Positions 18,169 through 29,067 of a stretch of DNA of 52,629 bases are shown here, one piece after another. A model generated the notes under the pieces. That model did not search any database, was not told the origin of the DNA, and was given only the letters and a program-made list of their open reading frames with translations. Position 1 is the first letter of the stretch; every line of letters starts with the position of its first letter. The position numbers were made by a program, and so were the translations under genes. This DNA comes from an uncultured bacterium. Its GTDB lineage: Bacteria > Muiribacteriota > Ozemobacteria > Ozemobacterales > Ozemobacteraceae. The stretch spans positions 1 through 52,629 of the forward strand of contig CAZADH010000011.1 in assembly GCA_964483805.1 (NCBI GenBank). Direction: 5' to 3'.

Positions 18169-20139
18169 TCAGTTGCTGCGCTCGACTTTGATCGGCTCGC
18201 CGCCGAACACCGCCAAAGCATCGGCCACAGCCGGTTTTGCCAGGATCTTCGCCCGCGTTTCCGCATCGATGCGCGAAATCTGTTCCTGAACCGAGCGTTG
18301 CGGTGTTTCGCCGCCGGCCTGTCCGGCGCTGTCGGGTGTCACGATGGTCAGCCGCGTGCCCGGGCCGAAACACTGCACCAGAATCGGCGTGTAACCCTCG
18401 ACCGCCGCCGGATCACGCAATCGCTCCGCCGGAAACGACTCGCACTCGACCAGAAGTTCGCGACCCGACGCCCGCACCCACCGGGCTCCGTCAAAGAGCG
18501 CACCAAGCAGAGGTTTCTGCGCCTGCAAACGCTGAACAAAGCGCGCAAAACCCTCTGGACCGCTACCGGCAACGCTCCGCATCGGCTGCGTCCCACCGGT
18601 CGTCGGACCGTCGACCGCCTCGCCAAAATCCTCCCACAAATCTTCGTCATCCGGCGCAGAAGAAACCGCAACCGACGGTGACGGCGGCGGTGCCGCAGCA
18701 GATCGGACCGCAGTCGTGACCGGCGCAGCGACTGTCGGTGCAGCCGCAGGTGCAGAGCGCACCGTCGACGCGACCCGCACAGCCGGCGCCGCCTCCCGCA
18801 CCGTCGCACCGGGTTGTGCTGGCGTAGCCGCGCGACCGCCGGTACTCACGTTCTGGGCGGGCGCGGCCGTGGCTGATCCGACTGACGGCACGGTTCCGGC
18901 TTTGGCAACTGCGACCAGACGTGGTTCAGGCGTCGCCAGCTTTGCCTCGACCTGGGCGATCCGCCGCTCAATGCCCTCGAGGCCCAGCGACAACTCACGC
19001 CGGGCCATGCGCACCAACTCGACCTCGAGCAGCAGGCGCGGATTTGCGGCGCCCCGCAGTTGCGACAGTGTTCGTTCGAGGCGGATCGAAATCGCCATCA
19101 ACAACTCGAGCGACACCTTCTCGACCTGGGCCTTCATGTCGGCCGCTTGCTCCGGGGCTATCTCCATGACCGCTGCCAGATCGGCGCCGACCTTCAGCAT
19201 CAGGCACCGTCGCAGGTGTTCGAGCAGATCCTTGCCCACCATCTGCACTTCGTAGCCGCGAAAGAACAGGTCGTTGAGCTTCGTCAGCAGTGCCGCTGGG
19301 TTCTGCCCCAGCAGCGCGTCGAGCAGGTCTTTCATCACCCGGTGCCCGAGCCGGTGGGTCACGGCCAACACCTGATCGGCGGTGACCTGGTGCCCGGGTG
19401 CCGACACCGAGATCTGATCGAGCAGACTCAGCGCATCCCGAAAGCCACCGTCGGCAATCTCGGCCAACAGCGCCAGAACGTCGCCGGGCACCTCGGGGAA
19501 GTGCGCCGCATCGGCCTCACGCTCGCGGCCGACAACTTCACGCAACCGCTCGATGATGACCTTGCGCGCAATCGGATGAAAATCGAAATGCTGGCAACGT
19601 GACACGATCGTCGCCGGCACCTTCTGCGGATCGGTCGTGGCCAGAATGAAAACGACGCGCGGGGGCGGTTCCTCGAGCGTCTTGAGAAACGCATTGAACG
19701 CCGAAGTCGACAACATGTGCACTTCGTCGATGATGTAGACCTTGATCTTGCCCTCGGCCGGCAGAAACTTGACCTTCTCGCGCATCTGCCGGATGTCTTC
19801 GACACCGTTGTTGCTGGCGGCATCGATCTCGACGATGTCGAGAAAACTCTGGTTGTCGATGCGTTGACATACATCGCATTTACAACAGGCATCGGTCAGA
19901 CCCTCGGCCGACTTCACCGGTTCCCGGCAATTGAGCACCTTGGCCATCAACCGCGCTGCCGAGGTCTTGCCTGTGCCGCGCGGCCCCGAGAACAGGTAGG
20001 CATGCGCCACGCGCGACGCCGTCACCGAAGCGCCGAGGGTGCGCACGATCGCTTCCTGCCCCAGCAATTCGCGAAAGCTGCGGGGCCGGTATTTGCGATA
20101 GAGATTCTCTTTGTTCGGCGGGGTCGTCGGTGCGGTCAT
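18169..20139 (-). CDS. dnaX: DNA polymerase III subunit gamma/tau
   Basis: LYRKYRP, HAYLFSGPRGTGKTS, CCKCDVC, EIDAASNNGVEDIR, IDEVHMLS and SRCQ, then an Ala/Pro linker and a C-terminal domain. Confidence 0.97.
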   Translation of the reverse strand: MTAPTTPPNKENLYRKYRPRSFRELLGQEAIVRTLGASVTASRVAHAYLFSGPRGTGKTSAARLMAKVLNCREPVKSAEGLTDACCKCDVCQRIDNQSFLDIVEIDAASNNGVEDIRQMREKVKFLPAEGKIKVYIIDEVHMLSTSAFNAFLKTLEEPPPRVVFILATTDPQKVPATIVSRCQHFDFHPIARKVIIERLREVVGREREADAAHFPEVPGDVLALLAEIADGGFRDALSLLDQISVSAPGHQVTADQVLAVTHRLGHRVMKDLLDALLGQNPAALLTKLNDLFFRGYEVQMVGKDLLEHLRRCLMLKVGADLAAVMEIAPEQAADMKAQVEKVSLELLMAISIRLERTLSQLRGAANPRLLLEVELVRMARRELSLGLEGIERRIAQVEAKLATPEPRLVAVAKAGTVPSVGSATAAPAQNVSTGGRAATPAQPGATVREAAPAVRVASTVRSAPAAAPTVAAPVTTAVRSAAAPPPSPSVAVSSAPDDEDLWEDFGEAVDGPTTGGTQPMRSVAGSGPEGFARFVQRLQAQKPLLGALFDGARWVRASGRELLVECESFPAERLRDPAAVEGYTPILVQCFGPGTRLTIVTPDSAGQAGGETPQRSVQEQISRIDAETRAKILAKPAVADALAVFGGEPIKVERSN

Positions 20140-20206
20140 GACAGGTCTCGCAATCTCGCAGGCGGTCGTCTGCGCACGTTTTTCATGATTCTATCGAGGT
20201 CGCTCA

Positions 20207-20226
20207 CGTTCCACAACTGTGGATAG
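20207..20226. promoter_or_regulatory. Back-to-back DnaA-box pair in dnaX leader
   Basis: CGTTCCACA (20207-15, two mismatches) and TGTGGATAG (20218-26, one mismatch). Confidence 0.45.
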
Positions 20227-20244
20227 GGGACAGACCCTGTCCCC

Positions 20245-20290
20245 AAAAAACAACACCCCGGATCAACGGGTGCTCCGTCGACTCGGGGCG
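20245..20290 (-). terminator. Intrinsic terminator of tRNA/ffs transcript
   Basis: On the - strand: CGCCCCGAG TCGACGG agcac CCGTTGA TCCGGGGTG followed by TTGTTTTTT. Confidence 0.65.
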
Positions 20291-20327
20291 CTATCATGAG
20301 AACGATTCACGGCACGAAAATGAAAAA

Positions 20328-20593
20328 TCGTGCACCCACCCTCGAACAAGGTCAATGGCCCATATCTCGGCTGCGCTGCTCAGGCCAGGCACTCCCACAT
20401 CACCCAGAAGCTGACGTTTACCGTTGCTACCTTCCGGTCCTCACGGGGTTCACGGGCTTCTGCCGTGCGGGACCCAACCCTCAACACTTAACAACCGAGC
20501 TGGTACCACCAGCCAAGCCCTCTGGTGGGGATTCGACCCGCCTTATGGGGATTTGCGGTTTGTAGAGGACCCCAAGCCCTCCGTCTAGCACGA
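20328..20593 (-). ncRNA. ffs: Long (Alu-domain, Bacillus-type) signal recognition particle RNA
   Basis: The 5' TCGTGCTAG pairs with the 3' GTGCACGA. The domain IV hairpin reads GTGAGGACC GGAA GGTAGCAAC. It is about 266 nt and lies upstream of dnaX. Confidence 0.92.
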
Positions 20594-20609
20594 TTAACTT
20601 CGAATCCAG

Positions 20610-20697
20610 CGGAAAGGGCGGGATTCGAACCCGCGGCGGAGTTTCCCCCGCTCACGCTCTCCAGGCGTGTGCCTTAGACCAACTCAGCCACCTTTCC
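20610..20697 (-). tRNA. tRNA-Ser(GGA)
   Basis: GGAAAGGTGGCTGAGTTGG..., anticodon arm CACGC CT GGA GA GCGTG, a long variable arm and GGTTCGAATCC. No encoded CCA. Confidence 0.95.
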
Positions 20698-20714
20698 AGG
20701 GGGAACCATGAGAG

Positions 20715-20807
20715 CGGAGAGAGTGAGATTCGAACTCACGAGGGAAGCTTTCAACTCCCCTACTCGATTTCGAGTCGAGCGCTTTCGACCAACTCAGCCA
20801 TCTCTCC
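20715..20807 (-). tRNA. tRNA-Ser(CGA)
   Basis: Anticodon arm CTCGA CT CGA AA TCGAG, a long variable arm and T-loop TTCGAAT. Confidence 0.95.
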
Positions 20808-20822
20808 AAAGGGTTAAAACAG

Positions 20823-20896
20823 CGTGCCCAAGAGGATTCGAACCTCTGGCCTTCACCTCCGCAGGGTGACGCTCTATCCAGCTGAGCTATGGGCAC
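20823..20896 (-). tRNA. tRNA-Arg(GCG)
   Basis: GTGCCCATAGCTCAGCTGGATAGAGC carries the A20 Arg identity element. Anticodon arm TCACC CT GCG GA GGTGA. Confidence 0.93.
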
Positions 20897-20939
20897 ATAA
20901 AAGAACAATACATTGTAAAGCAGCGGAGCGGTATAGCGG

Positions 20940-21029
20940 CGGAGAAGGGGGGATTCGAACCCCCGGTAGAGCTTGCACCCTACGACGGTTTAGCAAACCG
21001 TTGCCTTAAGCCAACTCGGCCACCTCTCC
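20940..21029 (-). tRNA. tRNA-Ser(GCT)
   Basis: Anticodon arm ACGGT TT GCT AA ACCGT and a long variable arm. Confidence 0.95.
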
Positions 21030-21044
21030 AGGAACACAACGCAC

Positions 21045-21127
21045 CGGAGGAAGTAGGATTCGAACCCACGGACCTTTCGGTCTCCGGTTTTCAAGACCGG
21101 CGCCATCGACCGCTCGGCCATTCCTCC
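21045..21127 (-). tRNA. tRNA-Ser(TGA)
   Basis: Anticodon arm CCGGT CT TGA AA ACCGG and variable arm GACC GAAA GGTC. Confidence 0.95.
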
Positions 21128-21136
21128 AGCACGGAC

Positions 21137-21165
21137 ATGGTAGCACACATCAAAATCATAATCAA
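21137..21165 (-). promoter_or_regulatory. Stable-RNA promoter of tRNA-ffs operon
   Basis: On the - strand: TTGATT, 17 bp spacer, TG-C-TACCAT, then a GC-rich discriminator just upstream of tRNA-Ser(TGA). Confidence 0.75.
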
Positions 21166-21241
21166 GCCAGTTGTGCGGATTTTCGGCCGGTTGCGCGCTG
21201 ACCTCGTACACTGTGGGGGTCGTACCCCTCGCAACCCGCAG

Positions 21242-21631
21242 CTATGGCGGACCGCGACGCGGCCCTACCCCCAACGACGACGACGCGACCCGAGGACTGC
21301 CAATCTGGGGCGGCGCCGAGGCCGGATACATCGGCACGACCACGATCTCGTTGGGTTTGACCAGCCCGAGCCGCTCCCGCGCCAGATGTTCGACCCCCGC
21401 CGGCGTCGACAGGTTGTCGAGATGCCGCTTCAATCCGCGGTTCTCGCGCTCGAGCTCGGTCACCCGCGTGACCAGCTCCTGTTCTCGGGCCATCAAACCA
21501 CGAATCATGAAGTAGCGCGAGAGATAAATGGCCGACAGACAGACGCAGAAAATCACCGAGACGATAAACATGACTTCCGATGAAAACCGCACCCGCGGCC
21601 GCCGCACCGGCGTCAGATTGTCGATTGCCAT
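21242..21631 (-). CDS. Septum formation initiator, FtsB/DivIC family
   Basis: One TM helix, a coiled coil (LERENRGLKRHLDNL), then VEHLARERLGLVKPNEIV. Confidence 0.85.
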   Translation of the reverse strand: MAIDNLTPVRRPRVRFSSEVMFIVSVIFCVCLSAIYLSRYFMIRGLMAREQELVTRVTELERENRGLKRHLDNLSTPAGVEHLARERLGLVKPNEIVVVPMYPASAPPQIGSPRVASSSLGVGPRRGPP

Positions 21632-21714
21632 CGCCTGCTTCGCCTCACGCTGTGGTTATGGGCTGTACATACGACGGCGGCACGGTATTCGAGCCGTGCC
21701 GCCGCCATCGTAGC

Positions 21715-24432
21715 TCAGTCGGCCGTTTCTTCCTTCGCCGGAATGCGCACCACCGAACTCACCCGGTCTTTGTCGTCGAGCGAAATCAGTTTCACGCCCG
21801 ACGCCGCCCGACCGGTCTCGCGCACTTTGCCGGAATCGATGCGGATCAGTTTGCCCGAGTTGGTCACCAGCATCAGTTCATCACCCTCGAACATCCGCTT
21901 GATCGCCAATACGTCGCCGGTCTTCCCGCGCGTGACCAGGTTGATCACGCCGCGACCGCCGCGATGCGTGACGCGATAGGCATTGACCGTCGTCCGCTTG
22001 CCGAAACCCTTTTCGGTCGAGGTCAGGATCACGCCCGAATACGGCGGAATCGGCTCGTTGCTCGCTTCGCCGCCTTCCGGTGCCTCACCGTCGTCGATCT
22101 CCTCGGACTCTTCGGGACCATCCGGTTCGACGATCTCGCCGGCCGCCACCGCCGCTGCCTTCGCCGCCGCTTCGGCTGCGATCTCTTCGGGAGTCATCGG
22201 CGAGAAGACTTCCATGCCGATCACGTAGTCGGCCGTGTCTTTGAAGCGAATGCCCGTTACTCCGCGCGCCGCGCGGCCCATCACCCGCACTTCGCTGCAG
22301 GCGAAGCGGATCGCCTGTCCTTTGCGCGTCGCCAATACGACATGTTCGTCACCCTTGATCGTCTTCACGCCCACCAATTCGTCACCCTCGTCGAGATTGA
22401 TGGCGATGATGCCCTTCGACATCGGCCGCGAGAACGCCGCCAACGGCGTGGCCTTGACCACACCCCGCTTCGTCGCCATAAATACAGCACGTTGCTCGTC
22501 GAATTTGCGCACCGGCAATAGCGCCGTCACGCGCTCACCCTCGGCGAGGTTGAGCAGGTTGACGATCGCGCGCCCGGTCGCCGTGCGACCGCCCTCGGGC
22601 AGTTTGTGGCCTTTGATCCAGTGGACTTTGCCGGCATTCGTGAAGACCATCAATACAGTGTGTGTCGTCGCATGGAAAAGATGCTCGATGACATCGTCTT
22701 CCTTGACGCCCACACCGACGCCCTTGCCGCCACGGGCGATCTGGCGGAACGCCGTCGGCGTCACCCGTTTGATGTACCCGTTTTGCGTCACGGTGATGAG
22801 AATGTCTTCTTCCTGAATGAGATCTTCGGTCGCCAGCGCTTCGGCCGCCGACATGCTGATCTCGCTGCGCCGCTCGTCGCCGTACTTGTCTTTGATCTCG
22901 AGCAACTCTTTGCGGATGATCTCGTAGACCTTGGCCTCGCTGCCCAGAATCGCCTTCAACTGCTGGATCAACGCCAACGTCTGGTGGTACTCCTCGACGA
23001 TCTTCTCGCGTTCGAGGCCCGTCAACCGCTGCAAGCGCATCTCGAGGATCGCCTGGGCCTGCTTTTCGCTCAACGCGAAGTTGCTGCACAAGCCCTCTTT
23101 GGCGACCACTGGTGACTCGGCCTCGCGGATCAGCGTGATCACTTCGTCGAGGTTGTCGAGCGCAATCGTCAAACCTTCGAGGATGTGCGCCTTCTCTTCG
23201 GCCTTGGTCAACTGGAACTGCGTGCGCCGCTTGATGATCACGACCTGGTGGTCGAGATAATGGCGCAGAACCATCTTGATCGGCAGTGTGCGCGGCCGGT
23301 TGTCGACCAACACCAGCATCTGCACGCCGAACGAACTCTGCATCGGCGTGTGCTGGAACAACTGGTTCAGGATGACCTCAGTGTTGGTGCCCTTGCGCAG
23401 TTCGATGCACACGCGCATGCCTTCGCGATCCGACTCATCGCGCAAATCGGTGATACCGTCGATGCGCTTGTCTTTCACCAACTCGGCGATCTGGATGACC
23501 AGCTTCGCCTTGTTCACCTGGTAGGGCAACTCGTTGATGATGATACGATCGCGGCCCTTGCCGAACTCTTCGACCTTGGTGCGAGCCCGCACCACGATCG
23601 AGCCACGACCGGTCTCGAAATAACTGCGGATGCCCTCGCGACCCATGATGATGCCACCGGTCGGGAAATCGGGCCCGGGCAATACTTCGAGAATACGTTG
23701 TGTGTCAGTCTCGGGATCGTCGATCATCAGGATCAACGCGTCGATCGTCTCGGACAGGTTGTGCGGTGGAATGTTCGTCGCCATACCGACCGCAATGCCC
23801 GACGAGCCGTTGACCATCAGGTTCGGGAACTTGCTCGGCAGAACCGTGGGTTCTTTGAGCGACTCGTCGAAGTTCGGCATGAACTCGACGGTGTCCTGAT
23901 CGATGTCACGCAACAGCTCTTCGGCCAGCCGGTCGAGGCGCGACTCGGTATAACGCATCGCCGCTGCTTCGTCGCCGTCGACCGATCCGAAGTTGCCGTG
24001 CCCGTCGATGAGCGGATAACGCAGGCTGAAGTCTTGCGCCATGCGCACCAACGTGTCGTAAACCGCCGAATCACCGTGCGGATGATACTTGCCGAGCACT
24101 TCACCGACCGTGCGGGCCGATTTGGTGAACGGCTTGTTGTGGGTGAAGCCCTGGTCGTACATCGCATACAGCACGCGGCGATGCACCGGCTTCAAGCCGT
24201 CGCGCACATCGGGCAGGGCGCGACCGATGATGACGCTCATGGCGTAATCGATATACGCCTCTTTCATCTCGTCCTCGATGTTCATCGCGCTGGTGCGATC
24301 ATCGAGGGGAGGCAGCACGGGCGGCGGCGGGGGTGCCGGTGGCCCGTCGACGGCAGGCGGCTGCCCTTCGCTGGGTGCGTCGGTAGGTTCGGTCGGAGGA
24401 GGATTGTTGTTTTCGTTCTCGTTGTCAGCCAT
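21715..24432 (-). CDS. gyrA: DNA gyrase subunit A
   Basis: [30 protein letters not shown] and catalytic AAMRYTE. The CTD is six-bladed, with a variant GyrA-box and an acidic insertion. Confidence 0.97.
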   Translation of the reverse strand: MADNENENNNPPPTEPTDAPSEGQPPAVDGPPAPPPPPVLPPLDDRTSAMNIEDEMKEAYIDYAMSVIIGRALPDVRDGLKPVHRRVLYAMYDQGFTHNKPFTKSARTVGEVLGKYHPHGDSAVYDTLVRMAQDFSLRYPLIDGHGNFGSVDGDEAAAMRYTESRLDRLAEELLRDIDQDTVEFMPNFDESLKEPTVLPSKFPNLMVNGSSGIAVGMATNIPPHNLSETIDALILMIDDPETDTQRILEVLPGPDFPTGGIIMGREGIRSYFETGRGSIVVRARTKVEEFGKGRDRIIINELPYQVNKAKLVIQIAELVKDKRIDGITDLRDESDREGMRVCIELRKGTNTEVILNQLFQHTPMQSSFGVQMLVLVDNRPRTLPIKMVLRHYLDHQVVIIKRRTQFQLTKAEEKAHILEGLTIALDNLDEVITLIREAESPVVAKEGLCSNFALSEKQAQAILEMRLQRLTGLEREKIVEEYHQTLALIQQLKAILGSEAKVYEIIRKELLEIKDKYGDERRSEISMSAAEALATEDLIQEEDILITVTQNGYIKRVTPTAFRQIARGGKGVGVGVKEDDVIEHLFHATTHTVLMVFTNAGKVHWIKGHKLPEGGRTATGRAIVNLLNLAEGERVTALLPVRKFDEQRAVFMATKRGVVKATPLAAFSRPMSKGIIAINLDEGDELVGVKTIKGDEHVVLATRKGQAIRFACSEVRVMGRAARGVTGIRFKDTADYVIGMEVFSPMTPEEIAAEAAAKAAAVAAGEIVEPDGPEESEEIDDGEAPEGGEASNEPIPPYSGVILTSTEKGFGKRTTVNAYRVTHRGGRGVINLVTRGKTGDVLAIKRMFEGDELMLVTNSGKLIRIDSGKVRETGRAASGVKLISLDDKDRVSSVVRIPAKEETAD

Positions 24433-24529
24433 GTTTTCGTTCCACTCTGCAGTTCAGGCCGCCAATCGTTCGGATTGCCTGCCCTTCCCGCGGACTGCGC
24501 AGCAGCAACGCGCTGCGCGTGTATTTACA

Positions 24530-26843
<2,314 letters not shown>

Positions 26844-26851
26844 GAATTCGA

Positions 26852-27910
26852 TTATTCCTCGACCGCCGTGGTCAATCGGTTTCGCCGTGAACTGCGAGCC
26901 GGCGGTGTAAATACAACGCGCCACGCCCGTGGCAGCTTTTCGTACCACACCGCCGAGCTCATGTCCAGGCGGTCGGGTGTGACTCCATAATGGAGCATCA
27001 TCGCCCGGCAGATCTCGGCGCGCGCGGCTGCACAGACCTCTTCATCGGGCTCGTCGGTATCGAGCGACTTCACCAGCGACTCGATCTCGAGTTCGCCCTG
27101 TTGCCGCACCTCGCGGCGCATCTGATCGCACTCGTCGGCGGTGGCCTGCGGCACGAGTTTGCGCAACTCGTCGTTGTTGAACCAGGGGTTGTCGGCCAGT
27201 AACTGGCGCAATCGTGTGGTGCGCAACTCGGTGCGAACCTTGCGGACCTCGAACACCGTTGCTCCCGGCACCAGGCGTGCCGCTTCGGCATCAGGAATGG
27301 TCACGTTGTCTTGCACCAGTCGACGCAAAATGCGCTCGCGCTCAAACGAGTGTTGGTACCGACAGACCGCGCACAGTTGCCCCTCTTGCTTCACCACCAC
27401 AGCCCGACAACCCGGGCACAACGCAGCGCCTTCGCGACGCAGTCCCTCTTCGCGGGCCTTCATTTTGGCGCGGGTTTCGTCGATCTGAGCCGTCATCGGA
27501 TTCTGCGGCAAATCGGCGCGCCCGGTCTGCTGTCGCCAATCGGGCCATGCCGGCCGGATCGGTCGCGGCGCGTCCCACGTTGTATGACGTTCGCGCGCCA
27601 GCCGCATTTCGATGCGCTTGATGCCCGCTTCGGGCACCGACGCGCGAATCTTCTCGAGCAGGGCATCGCGGGCAAACATCAGCGTCTGCATCCATTGGTT
27701 CGTCGAACACTCGACAAACAACGTGCCGCCGCTCACCTTCGTCGGCGCCGTCTGCTTGCCGAACTGCTCACCCACGATTTCGGCCCATTGATGCATCAGT
27801 TTGCCCAGACGCATGACATCTTCAGGATCGCGCGGTTTCTTGCCGACCGCACCAAGGATCGACAGCAGGACGCCACCCACCCGCTGCTTACCCGAACCTA
27901 CGCGCGCCAC
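26852..27910 (-). CDS. DUF721/DciA family protein with C-terminal zinc finger and helical extension
   Basis: WAEIVGEQFGKQTAPTKVSGGTLFVECSTNQWMQTLMF, followed later by CPGC...CAVC. Confidence 0.8.
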   Translation of the reverse strand: MARVGSGKQRVGGVLLSILGAVGKKPRDPEDVMRLGKLMHQWAEIVGEQFGKQTAPTKVSGGTLFVECSTNQWMQTLMFARDALLEKIRASVPEAGIKRIEMRLARERHTTWDAPRPIRPAWPDWRQQTGRADLPQNPMTAQIDETRAKMKAREEGLRREGAALCPGCRAVVVKQEGQLCAVCRYQHSFERERILRRLVQDNVTIPDAEAARLVPGATVFEVRKVRTELRTTRLRQLLADNPWFNNDELRKLVPQATADECDQMRREVRQQGELEIESLVKSLDTDEPDEEVCAAARAEICRAMMLHYGVTPDRLDMSSAVWYEKLPRAWRVVFTPPARSSRRNRLTTAVEE

Positions 27911-28992
27911 GGCAACACCTCACCTTTCACCACCCGCCAACACTCGGCGCCATCTGGAACCACCGGCGGATGCTCCCCCAGGACACCGGTCTCGAAGACC
28001 TGCGCCCCACTCGGGATCATCTGCCGCACCAGGGCTGCAAAACGCTGGTCGAGTTCTGAGTAGATGTCGTCGAGTGCAATCACCGGTGGTGACCCGAGCT
28101 CTTCGCTCATCAATCGGGCTGCGGCCAGATCGAGGCTCAACGCCAGCGCCTTCTGCTGCCCCAGAGACCCAAACACCCGGACGTCGCGCTGATCGAGTTT
28201 GAGCACCAGATCGTCACGGTGGGGACCGAGGCGGGTGAACCTTGATATTATATCGCTTTGTCGCCCATTTTTCAATGCCCCGCGATACTTTTCCTGCCGC
28301 TGTCCATCAGCATTTGCCGCACCCCACCCCCCCAATTCGATGCTCAGCTCCACCCCCGGAAAAAACAGGGCAAATGTCTCCAGAACGCGCCCGGCCAGAC
28401 GCTTGACCCACTTCTCACGGCGTGCCCACAACGGCTCGGCAAAATCGGCCAGCGTGCTCTCGATGGCCTCGAACCAGGCCGCCTGCGCTCCCGATTCACG
28501 CAACAACTTGTTGCGTTGCTCAGCCGCACGATGGCACCCGATCAGCACGTGCAGATAATACGGATCGATCTGGCCGATCGCGCGATCGAGCCACCGACGC
28601 CGCACCACCGGCGCTCCGTGGACCAGTTCAATGCCGAAACTCGAGATATAGACGATCGGCAACACGCCCAGCAGATTGCTCAGTTTCGCCACCGGACGGC
28701 CGTCCAACCACATCTTCTTGTGGGTGGCCGATAATTGTAGACGCACGTCGTGATCGAGTTGGTTCTGGTCTTCAACCACCACCCGAAGCAGCGCCGTCTC
28801 CTGCCCGATGGCCACCATCTCCCGGTCATAGCGCGCCCGAAACGATCGACCATGACCGAGAAGATAGAGGCCTTCGAGGAGGTTCGTCTTGCCCTGTGCG
28901 TTGGCACCCAGAATGAGGTTCCAACCCGCAGGTTGCAGAGTCAACGGTTGCAGATTGCGAAAACCCTGAATCGACAAGCCCCGGATGCGCAC
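27898..28992 (-). CDS. recF: DNA replication/repair protein RecF
   Basis: GFRNL, GANAQGKTNLLE, GPHRDDL, GSLGQQK and LDDIYSELD. Confidence 0.96.
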   Translation of the reverse strand: MRIRGLSIQGFRNLQPLTLQPAGWNLILGANAQGKTNLLEGLYLLGHGRSFRARYDREMVAIGQETALLRVVVEDQNQLDHDVRLQLSATHKKMWLDGRPVAKLSNLLGVLPIVYISSFGIELVHGAPVVRRRWLDRAIGQIDPYYLHVLIGCHRAAEQRNKLLRESGAQAAWFEAIESTLADFAEPLWARREKWVKRLAGRVLETFALFFPGVELSIELGGWGAANADGQRQEKYRGALKNGRQSDIISRFTRLGPHRDDLVLKLDQRDVRVFGSLGQQKALALSLDLAAARLMSEELGSPPVIALDDIYSELDQRFAALVRQMIPSGAQVFETGVLGEHPPVVPDGAECWRVVKGEVLPWRA

Positions 28993-29067
28993 GCAGCAAT
29001 GCCCCCAACGAGCCAGAGACCGCCGTCAGACGAACCGACCGCGGCGGAACCGCATAAAAAACGACGA

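Noticed and set aside
18169-20139. Programmed frameshift or slippage producing the gamma subunit of dnaX
   Set aside because: No A-AAA-AAG heptamer or long homopolymer run was seen on the coding strand.
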